DNA from: Saccostrea echinata
Taxonomy: Eukaryota
Direction of reading: 5' to 3'
Assembly (NCBI RefSeq): GCF_033153115.1
Contig: NW_026889755.1
Location: 7,316,001 to 7,380,000, forward strand
DNA length: 64,000 nt
The notes beneath the pieces are model-generated. The model was given only the letters and a program-made list of their open reading frames with translations. It was not told the DNA's origin and did no database searches. Positions 1 to 9,900 of the stretch are shown one piece after another. The number at the start of each line of letters is the position of its first letter. The stretch's first letter is position 1. The position numbers and the translations under genes were made by a program.

Positions 1-1013
1 ATGTGATTCAGAAGGTTAAAGCGCAAACAGAAAAAGTAAATGTTTAACTCGTACCCTTTAAGTTCTATTCTGGTTGCGAAACTGTGGACCTGAGTAATGA
101 GTGACGTCAGATACGAAACTACGTAGACAATAATGATGACGAGAAACATGACGCTGATTTTTTTGCGCGCTTTTTGTTCCCGATTTTTATCGATAGTTGA
201 GGTATTTTGAGGTGCAATATAGGACTTTCTCACATCGTTTTGTGGGAACTCTACCATTGCAATTTTCTCAACTGTAGAACTTTGCGTTTCTTTGGAGGTG
301 ATATTAGTGTCTACATCCACAATATTACTTGTTCGATTTCGTCTGGTAGGTGATAGTGTTCTATAAATAGTTTTAGTCACTGGAATGTACAGGGCGGTTG
401 TGACGAAAATGTTTATAAAAGACAGTAGCAGCAAAAATCCGAAGTATGGTACCATAACACCTGTTCCATTTGTTCCATCATCGGAATGACAGACAAGAAC
501 AGAGATGTTCCGAGTGACATTCTGATAGTTATCTTCTACAGTTGTGCTATAGAATCCACCAAATTTCAAAACAGGTGATGCATAACCGACCGAAAATAGG
601 AAAATTGCCAGAATAGCAATTCTGCAGGATTTCCTTGACATCTGTTGACTAAAAGGACGACAGATAATTAAATACCTCTGTAATGCAATCGCGAGGATCA
701 GGTGAGCCGAAAATCCCCCGGTCAGTATCAGCAAAAAATAAAGAGTTTTGCATAAGTACACGTTAGGGTAGGTGTAGCGCTGGGTGTTGTCAAGGTGAAA
801 TTGAGTCACATTCGAAATACATCCGGAGAGATCGATAAAAGCCAATATTGGAATGAAATACCGGGTGCCTGTTTTGTCCTTAACGTATTTAGTGTACATC
901 AGAAGAACAAGAGAGTTTCCGAATATTCCAAATGCAGCTTCGATTATGTGTACCATAGTGTTGGGAAGGAGTTGTTCTGAATATTTATCGGACAAAATCT
1001 CTGCATCGGCCAT
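1..1013 (-). CDS. Class A (rhodopsin-like) GPCR, intronless, 3' end outside the window; candidate chemoreceptor
   Basis: Not in the ORF track because the stop lies outside the window. Manual translation from the ATG at 1013 gives MADAEILSDKYSEQLLPNT...FGIFGNSLV...LAFIDL...ALQRYLIICRPF...MFLVIIIVYVVSYLTSL...CLRFNLLNH. It is a clear paralogue of the ORFs at 18.7, 37.5 and 51.4 kb. Confidence 0.9.
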   Translation of the reverse strand, partial: MADAEILSDKYSEQLLPNTMVHIIEAAFGIFGNSLVLLMYTKYVKDKTGTRYFIPILAFIDLSGCISNVTQFHLDNTQRYTYPNVYLCKTLYFLLILTGGFSAHLILAIALQRYLIICRPFSQQMSRKSCRIAILAIFLFSVGYASPVLKFGGFYSTTVEDNYQNVTRNISVLVCHSDDGTNGTGVMVPYFGFLLLLSFINIFVTTALYIPVTKTIYRTLSPTRRNRTSNIVDVDTNITSKETQSSTVEKIAMVEFPQNDVRKSYIAPQNTSTIDKNREQKARKKISVMFLVIIIVYVVSYLTSLITQVHSFATRIELKGYELNIYFFCLRFNLLNH

Positions 1014-1411
1014 ATTCACAAGTGAGGCAAAGAAAATTCACTATAACTATTTTCAACTCCAATATCCAAAGGAAACTATTAGAGAAGATATAAAGAACTG
1101 GAAAACTGCTACTGGGAATAAACACATTACACCAGTGACAGAAATTGTTATGAAAAGATACCAGAAGTGGATGCTTAACACAATGTGGTAATAAGGAAAT
1201 ATGTACTCCAACTCACTTTAGTGCCTCTAAATTTAAATTGTCATAAAGGAGTGAAGGAATAGCATGAATACAACTTACAGAATAATCGTGTATCAAAGAC
1301 GTACTAACACTTCTATTAGTTATACAATGGGACAACATGGGTTACAAAAAACCCCAACATATTATAAATCCACAATCAAAGAATTGCATTTCGGGTTTCA
1401 TTTTTATTATG

Positions 1412-1652
1412 GTCGCCCGCGTGGCCCAGTGGTAGAGCGTCTGACCTAGAGTCGCGGAGTAAGGAGTTGATCATTACGTCGCGGGTTCGAATCCCACTGT
1501 GGGACGTGGAGATCGGTCCTTCGGATGAGACCATATAAACCGAGGTACCGTGTCGCAGTAGGTGCTGGCAAGAAAAAGATCCCTCACTGCTTAATGGCCC
1601 TGAGTGCCGAACATAGGCCAGAATTTGCAGCTCTCCACCGGCAAGTGGTGGC

Positions 1653-1685
<33 letters not shown>

Positions 1686-1713
1686 AGTTTAACAGCAAAC
1701 AAACAAAACAAAA
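1412..1713 (+). mobile_element. tRNA-derived SINE with V-domain-like core, full length
   Basis: Box A TGGCCCAGTGG, box B GGTTCGAATCC, core TCGGATGAGACCATATAAACCGAGG and an (AAAC)n tail. TSD TCATTTTTATTATG(G) at about 1398-1412 and 1714-1728. Confidence 0.85.
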
Positions 1714-1914
1714 TCATTTTTATTATGGAATTTTTAAACGGTGAAGGCGAGGAAGGAATAAGTAAGAGGAAGGAGTATTTCCTCTCAAATACAAAACATC
1801 TAGTTCTCACAATTCCTTGCAGGCTAATAATTCAATAGTTTTTTAGAGAGAATAAACGATTATATAACGTCAGGGAAAAAAAGGGCAGGGGACTTTTAGT
1901 AGGATCTTGGGTAG

Positions 1915-3480
1915 TGTCGTGTCGCCCTATTGGGTGACCGCACTTATCTTGGGAATTTGTCTAGCTCGCTCGCTTGTGAGAGACCCTTATTTATAATGAT
2001 TCTGCTTTTCAGCCACCAGGTCCAGATTAGGTTTGGGTGCACTGTAATAAGGAAAAGCAAAGCGTGGATCAAATTAAAAACGATGTTACTTTATTCACGT
2101 CTCCGAATAGAATGCACAACAAAAAGTCACCAGGCACAATAAAATAAATCATTATGAGTTGCTCGTAGCATTACAAACAAGTGTGCCTTAACCTACCTAA
2201 CATCTGGTGACTCATAGAGTGATTAAACAATATTAAAAGACTCACTCTATATAATAAAAAATCTAGACAATGTAATTTCCAACTGAAATACTAAAGCTCG
2301 TACTTTTGTTTACACTGGATACATTTAAATTTACCTCCCTCGACTGGAGAGTTTGATAATAATAATAGAGCCAAACAAAGAAAGGCATTATATTTCCGGT
2401 ATAAAACCGATAAAAAGTAAAACGTGTCTAACTATAAAACTACACTCTACATAGGACTACAGCTACCAAAATACAAGAAAAATCATAAGAACACACATCA
2501 AATATAAATGCCCTGATCTCAATATAATACTTTTATAATAGATTTCTATTTTAATGAAAGCTCAAATTTTGTAAACTAAAGCTCAAATTTTTGTAAACTC
2601 CAGAAATTAATTGCAAATGTTAATAAATAATTAATTAATCTTTTCTTTATAAGTTCTAGAAAAATAACTTAACCAAATAAAACATTTTTACCATACCTGT
2701 AATAAGGAAAAGCAAAGCGTGGATCAAATTAAAAACGATGTTACTTTATTCACGTCTCCGAATAGAATGGCCGAGTTGCGGCACAATTCCATTCGGAGAC
2801 CCACGCTTGCCGTGAATTATTTTGTCCAATCAAATTAGTTTTTCTTTGTTAATTTGTATCAATAATAGCCAAAATATCGTATTTTGAAAAATCACATGAC
2901 ATGAACTGACCATTACCTGAGTATTTGACCTGCCACTTAACAAGTTAATCCCCTAACAATAGGTTAATGGATTCTACTTCGTTTGATAGTGTTTTTGACA
3001 CTAGATAAAAAAGATAAAAGAACCCATAAATAAATATACAAAAAAAACACATCACCTATCTACAAATTACTGCTGTTCTCTTTTTCCAGCAAAATTACAT
3101 AATTGTATGGCTAAAGGCTTAAACAGTTTACTAATCCCTCATGCCAAATCTTCTGAGTAACACATATTATTTATTTTAGACAATTACCTGTACTTATTTT
3201 TTTCTTCAAAGACATTCCTTCTTTTTCGTCAAATAAAATACTATTACCAAATTTCTATACATATATCTGAAATTGTAACAGGAAATAAAATAAAGACTTT
3301 ACTATATAATTCCTATAAAACGAGAATACCCAAAATGTTATGTTAAAATATCCACATACATTAATCTTAACCCAAATTGAAATATTAATTGACTAAAATT
3401 CAAAGTGAAATTTTATCTTTAATCATAACTGTCCTTTCTGACATATTTCATTTTGTCAAATAAAATCTGCAACATGACTA
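1915..3480 (-). repeat. 3' LTR
   Basis: Direct repeat of 12776-14341 at a constant offset of 10861. I saw no substitutions by eye, apart from the inverted segment 3430-3480. Confidence 0.95.
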
Positions 3481-3491
3481 TTTTCCCCCTT
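3481..3491 (-). promoter_or_regulatory. Polypurine tract (AAGGGGGAAAA)
   Basis: Purine run on the element strand directly abutting the 3' LTR. Confidence 0.85.
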
Positions 3492-4029
3492 GCTACCATT
3501 GCTTTCGTCCCTGAAAGCTCAAATTTTCCTCATGGATAATGAAAAATATTTAATTTGAAAGATATCCAAGGCATCAATTACATACCCTCGACAAAAAAAT
3601 TAATACATTGTTTTTCTTCTTTTTTTGTTTTTTGTTTTATGCAATATATCACATGTTTAAAAACTACAATTAAACCTATGGATAAAAAAATATTTATATA
3701 AAAAAAAAATATATATATACATGTATATACATAAAGGCAATATTGATACCCATATATGTGTTCATTTTGAATCCCTGAGATTTTTCAATACTTTATTACT
3801 TATAAGTGGGAAAAATGAACAAACAAATATCATAGAATAGTCATCCAATATTAAAGAGTAAAAAAACCAATGAGGTCCCTGTAAAAAGAATTCATACAAT
3901 AAATGGAAAAAGGAAAAAAAATTATTGAGTTGTGCGATTCAATGCAATGTTGACAACGGAACATAGAAAAAAATTAAAACCATACAAAAGGAATTGAAAA
4001 TATTGTTAATCTTTTCTGCACTGGGTCAT

Positions 4030-6444
4030 TTAAAGGGTAACCAGCATGTTTTTGTGTGGGTTATTTAGATGGAAAGCATAATTGTTGTGTAATAAGATGA
4101 CATAGGCACTGAATGGTTGTTTTAAAATTCTTTTGAGTTTATGGTGGGTAAATGGGTTGATGGTAATGGTTGATGGAATGGTAATGGTCATGTTGGTTCG
4201 AGTGTCAGTGACTTTGAAATTTGTCCACGTAGCTAATAATTTGCATGATGGAAAAGGAGTAATTGAAATATCTGCAATTTGAGGTGTTGAAATAGTGTAA
4301 TATGAAGGACACAAGGACAATCTAGTTATAAACACCATAACACAATCACCACCTGTAGTTAATTCTAGTGCCAAAATGGATCCTTTGCATGACTTTGATT
4401 TGTACATCCAGTATAAGAGAAGTCCCAAGATGACCAGTACAACTGTACTTAAAATAACTGATGCATGAATCCAAGTAAATTCTGAAAACCAAGTTGAGCT
4501 TATGTCTGTTGGATTAGGAGTTGAAGTTTCAAGTTTTTCATAAATGAAAGAAGGGACTTTGTCAGATGTGGCATTTTGTACTTGTTGTAGAACTAAAAGT
4601 GATGTTGACAGTTTTCTGAATTTCAAGACCAACACAATACAACATCCTAAACACAGTGCTGCAATACTTAAAGCTACATATGTTAAAATGTTGGAAGTAC
4701 CTAACCAATCATCTTGAATATCAATTTTGCCATCTATTAAAGGTTCTGCCAGAGTTTTGAAAATTTTCTCATCCTTTTTGGCTGCTTTAGCAATTTTCTT
4801 TAAACTTAAATGGGCTTTTTGATCATTTACTAATATCTCATTTAAGGAATGATTATAAAATTTCAGTTCAGGAATGGACATATTTATTGGTGTAGGAAAT
4901 AAACTGTCCCCAAACACATGTTCTAATTTAGAATCATCAAAAAATTCTTGTAATAAGGCCAAATTTACAGGATGGATCACTGAAAAATTTGAAGAAGAGT
5001 TGTAACAATCCACTAATCTTGGTGCATAAAACAGAGATTGGGTTGACAATGAGCATCTACAAGGAATATGAATGATGCAAAAAGCACATCCCTTTAAAAC
5101 TTTTTGTTCCTTTGGACAATCTAAGACCAAAGTTGGTGTATTATACAACAAAACTGAGGTTGATGTGATTTCAAAAATGTTTGCTTTCAGTAAAGAAGGA
5201 ATAAATCTAAAGTCACACAATTTTTGAACTTGTTTAACATCATTTGAGTATAAAGCCATTGTACAATCAGGTTCAGTTATAGGGGTCAAGGCCCTATTGG
5301 AATTACATAGTATGGTGGGTCCATGATCACAATTAACTAAATCTTCTGCTGATAACGAGACAAAATAATCATGGTGACTTGTGATTGCAAAATAATCTGG
5401 TGTGGACAGGAGCTGTGTAGCATGCATGTCTGAGGTTACATTGGTTGAGGTAGGAACAGGTAAACTAATGACCTTGAACAATTGTAAAGGTTGTTTCTGT
5501 GTTGAGATGGGAAATTTCACAGTAATGAATAATGATGATTTATCCCTTGCATACAAAAATTTTCCATGAGAATAATAAAATGAATAATCTGTATGAATTA
5601 AATAAAAATTCTTGTATGATTTTCTAAGTTTGAAATTGATATTGGAAATGGCTCTGGTGATTAAAAATTTTGGAATTAAAAATGGAGTTATCTTTCCTTC
5701 TAATAAACTCTGGACTGCAGCTGACAGTTTATCAAACTGGGTTCTCAAAAGAGTAGCTCTGTTAACTTGTGACATTAGAATTTTTGACACATTAACAAAA
5801 GATTTTTCCAAATCATATAATTTGTTATTAAAAGCAGTTGCAATTTTTGAAATGTACTCTGAATTTTCTTTGATACCAGCAGCTAAGTTGTCCATTCTGT
5901 GATTGCTTACAGTAATGAAAGATGACAAATGAGATCCATGTTGTTGCAGTGCTTTTGCAATATTTTCTGTTTTCCTATTTAATGCATTGATGTGTCCAGC
6001 TAAAATATTGACATCATCTATAGTTGCGGTGCCAAAAATACTTTTTGAGAGTGACCCAATAAATGGAAGTAAAGCTCGGAGTTGTCTACCTTGTTTTAAA
6101 ATGTTTGTTTGAGGAACTAAAGTTTTGATTTGGCGCATGGTTTCATTGAAATGAATTAAGGTTTCTTTATGTAATCCCTGGACAAAATTTGCAAGATTGT
6201 TTAACAAAACACATCCTTGTCGAAAAGTATGAACATTGCAAAAAGGTATTCTAGATACATGAATTCTTTTTGGAAGTTTCACATGAAAGGTATGGAGCCA
6301 ATACTCCTGAGATAAAATAATGCTTGATTGTTCTTTAAAAACTACCCCATAATTGATTCTCTGTACGATTTTGTCTTCAGTTTTCTCAGGTCTAGCTTGG
6401 GCTGGAATGGTTATCACAGTCATTACTGCTAACACAAGGAACAT
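4030..6444 (-). CDS. env: Envelope glycoprotein, class I fusion (F-type, similar in layout to baculovirus F and errantivirus Env), 804 aa
   Basis: N-terminal signal peptide, RQLR furin-like site (aa 120-123) followed by the fusion-peptide-like ALLPFIGSLSKSIFG, heptad repeat region, Cys-rich ectodomain with N-glycosylation sequons and hydrophobic TM segments. Lies between pol and the 3' LTR. Confidence 0.88.
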   Translation of the reverse strand: MFLVLAVMTVITIPAQARPEKTEDKIVQRINYGVVFKEQSSIILSQEYWLHTFHVKLPKRIHVSRIPFCNVHTFRQGCVLLNNLANFVQGLHKETLIHFNETMRQIKTLVPQTNILKQGRQLRALLPFIGSLSKSIFGTATIDDVNILAGHINALNRKTENIAKALQQHGSHLSSFITVSNHRMDNLAAGIKENSEYISKIATAFNNKLYDLEKSFVNVSKILMSQVNRATLLRTQFDKLSAAVQSLLEGKITPFLIPKFLITRAISNINFKLRKSYKNFYLIHTDYSFYYSHGKFLYARDKSSLFITVKFPISTQKQPLQLFKVISLPVPTSTNVTSDMHATQLLSTPDYFAITSHHDYFVSLSAEDLVNCDHGPTILCNSNRALTPITEPDCTMALYSNDVKQVQKLCDFRFIPSLLKANIFEITSTSVLLYNTPTLVLDCPKEQKVLKGCAFCIIHIPCRCSLSTQSLFYAPRLVDCYNSSSNFSVIHPVNLALLQEFFDDSKLEHVFGDSLFPTPINMSIPELKFYNHSLNEILVNDQKAHLSLKKIAKAAKKDEKIFKTLAEPLIDGKIDIQDDWLGTSNILTYVALSIAALCLGCCIVLVLKFRKLSTSLLVLQQVQNATSDKVPSFIYEKLETSTPNPTDISSTWFSEFTWIHASVILSTVVLVILGLLLYWMYKSKSCKGSILALELTTGGDCVMVFITRLSLCPSYYTISTPQIADISITPFPSCKLLATWTNFKVTDTRTNMTITIPSTITINPFTHHKLKRILKQPFSAYVILLHNNYAFHLNNPHKNMLVTL

Positions 6445-6470
6445 GGTATTGTGGAATCCCCCAAATTTTC

Positions 6471-6497
6471 CTACAAATATATTTATAGAAAAAAAAT
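6471..6497 (-). promoter_or_regulatory. Putative splice acceptor for a subgenomic env mRNA
   Basis: Element strand reads TTTTTTTTCTATAAATATATTTGTAG|G, ending 26 nt before the env ATG. Confidence 0.55.
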
Positions 6498-6994
6498 TTA
6501 AGGTTGTGGTACATTTGTCATGAAAACAAGAACCGATCGTTATTCGTGTTTTCTAGCACTATAAAAAACTGCAGAGTTAACTACATTGATTATCTGACCA
6601 TACCACAGCAATAATTCTTTTTCTTTATTTATGTGTAAAATTTAAGGTGTTAAATGGTAAGTGAAATTTCTGAATTTTAACTAAACAAAAATGAATGGCT
6701 AGCCATTTATAAGGGGATTTTACTGTTGACCAAATGCAATAACCCATAATAACTTGCAAATACATATCTAAAACATTTAGAAATAAAAATGAGACAAATT
6801 CACTCTATTACCCTTGCTAATTTATGAGTTTTCCATTCACACTTTCTTTATCTAACTTTTCACCTCTAATCAACCTTTTTTCTTTAATAATGCAGGTGCT
6901 TTAAGCTTTGGCATTAACATACTTTATGCAGTACACAAATGTTTTGGCATAAATATTTTTCTTAATGATTTCCTTTGTTAAATGTTAGTACTTC

Positions 6995-9900
6995 TTAATA
7001 TTTTCTCTTAAAACAAGTTTTCCTAATTGTTCCTAATTTTGTGAACTTTTTGTTTATGAGTTCCATAACTTCATCATCAAAACAGTGATCAGGTTCCCAT
7101 GTTTTGGAACCATCCTCCCACTCTACTCTTATTTCTCTTCTTCCATTTTTAAATCTGCCCCTTAGAAACTTTTTAAATTTCCATTTTCTATGTGGATCAT
7201 GTATTTCTTCATCTAACAAGTCTGATTCATCTTCATTCCCTTGACCTTGGTCAATGTTTGCATCATTTGGAACAACTGTTCCTTCACCTTGATCATTACC
7301 TGTATTTGCATCTGTGTCATTTTGAGATTGACCTTGATCATTTTGTACAGTGTCATCATTCTGTCGACCTTGGGGTGGATCAACTGGATCCTGACCTTGA
7401 CCATTCTGAATCTGAATTTGTTGCTCGGGTTGCTCAAAGTTTGGTCTTTCATCTTCATCATAGTAATGTTTTAAGTTTGATGCATTCATCATTGACATGT
7501 GAAGTTTGTTGTCCGATTTTCTCTTCAGTTTATAAGTGAAGTTGGGACCAATTTCAACAATTTCATAAGGTCCCTCAGATTTATCATACAGTTTGCTAGA
7601 TAACCCCTTTGGAACCTTGTTAATTTTTATCAGTACTTGATCGCCAAGTTTGAAATCTGGGATTTTCACATTTAAGTCATGCCTAGTTTTGTTTTGCTCT
7701 TGATGCCATTTTATGTTCTCTTTAGCAATTTCGTCATGGACTTTAAGATTTTCTAGAAACTCATTGATGTAGGCTTTTGTGTCCCTACTCATGTTTTCAA
7801 GTGGTTCTAGCGCAACATCATATGGGAGGCGCATTTCTTCCCCAAACATTAAAAAGAAGGGGGAGAACTCTGTGGAATGCATTGAGGGTGCTTTTCTGTA
7901 AGCCATTAAAATACTTGCAATTAATTTTGGCCAATCATTTTGAGCTTTCCCACAATATGCCCTCAAGGATTGTGCAAGTGTACTGTTTTGTCTTTCCACT
8001 AAGCCATTTGTTTTTGGATGATAAGCTGAAGTTTGATGTTTAGTAATTTCAAAAATTTCACATAATGCCTTTACCAATTTAGACATGAAATTTGTGCCTC
8101 TGTCTGAAACAAGAACTTTTGGAGCACCAAATCGAGAGAAAATTTCTCTGAACAGTACATTTGCAGTTTCCTCTGCTGTTTGAGTTCTCATAGGGAAACC
8201 TTCCACCCATCTAGTGTATGAATCTACACAGAGTAAAATGTGTTCATGTCCCTCTTTTGTTTTGTAAAGGGGACCCAAAATATCAATGTGCCATCGATCA
8301 AATTTGTGCACCATTGGGAGAGGGTTCATTGGAGGTTTTGACGGATTGTAGTCACGTTTTGCGCGTTGACAGCGATCACAAGATTTCACGTATTCGATGA
8401 TGTCACTATGCATACGCGGCCAATAGTATTTGCGGTAGATAGCGGTCCTTACCTTTTCAATGCCTAGATGTCCTCCTCCTGCCAGACTGTCATGATAAGA
8501 CAATAATGCATCTTTTCTAAGCACTTGAGGTAATGCAATTTGCTTGATAAAGTTGAATTCTCCTTGAGGTTTACGACATCTTCTCTGAAACCAGTGATAC
8601 AACACATCCTCTACCATGCTATAATGTTTGGCTTCTGCTATCACTGCATCTCTCGTTTTGACTTCTGCTGGCAATGTTCCATCTTTAAGATATGTATAAA
8701 TATCTTGAAAATCTTGGCACTGGGATTGGAGTTGTCCAATAGTTGCTACATCCAGAGGAATTTGCTGATGTTCTTCAGGTTCATCCTCCTCCTCTATAGC
8801 TAAGGTCTCGGGTTCCTCATTTGCATATGTGAAACTTACCTCTACACAACAAGCTTCTTCTAGGGAATCCTGTTCATCCACTAATGTATCTGGAAGATTC
8901 TCTGTTTGAATACTGACTGAATTTATACTTGGCAACTTTTCTGGGTGTTCGTCTCCCTCATCTTCACTCTCTGTGTCTGAGAAATTAATATTTGAGGTTT
9001 GGCTACCCACGGATCTGACTTGGGTGTCACTTACTTCTAACTGTACTATCTCTGCTTTTTCCTCCTCCAGTGAGTTGTTCGAGTCCTTTTCTGCTGAAAT
9101 TCTGACAATACTTGTTGCTTGTCTTACCCCAGGTTGATATTCTCGTCTACTGAGAGCATCTGCTACTAAATTGCTCTTACCTGGTCTGTGTATGATTTGG
9201 AAGTTGTATTCTTGTAGCTGGAGAGCCCATCTTTCTAAACGACCAGTGTGTTTGGCTGTTTGCAGCCAAACAAGTGCTTTGTGATCAGTAATTACTGTAA
9301 ACCTACTGTGTACCAGATAAGGTCGAAATGCGGCAATGCCTTCCAGCACTGCCAAGCATTCCTTTTCGGTAGTATTGAACTTCCTCTGATCTTGACTGAG
9401 AGACTTACCTCCATAGGATACTACATATTCTCGATTATCATCATCTACTTGGCCCAACACATACCCAATGGCATTGTCAGAGGCGTCACATGTCAGTATG
9501 AAAGATCTAGATGTGTCTGGGTATGACAAAATTGGGGCAGATAATAACTTGTCTTTGAGGGTATCAAAGGCATTTTGGCAAGATTCAGACCATTGAAATT
9601 TTCTCTCTTTACATAACAAGGCATTAAGTGGGGTAGCAATTTTAGCAAAATCTTGGATAAATTTCCGATAATAGTTTGCCATACCCAGAAAACTACGTAC
9701 CTGTTTCTGTGTCTTGGGAATGGGAAACTCACTGACCGCACGGGTCTTGTCAGGGTCTACTTGTACTCCCTTACGTGATATAATGTGCCCTAAGAACTTA
9801 ACTTCTTTGACGGCAAAGTGACATTTTGATGGCTGCAGTTTCAAATTTGCCACTCTCAGACGATCAAACACTTGTTCTAAGTGTTGCAGATGTTCATCAA

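Noticed and set aside
1412-1505. tRNA gene (also at 16183-16255)
   Set aside because: A and B boxes run on into SINE body and tail, with a TSD in the first case, and no clean cloverleaf forms. These are SINE heads.
1376-1810. 144-aa minus-strand ORF
   Set aside because: Antisense reading of the SINE; no protein features.
1930-2142. ORFs inside the LTRs (also 12710-13003)
   Set aside because: Short, antisense to the element, non-ATG starts and no recognisable domain.
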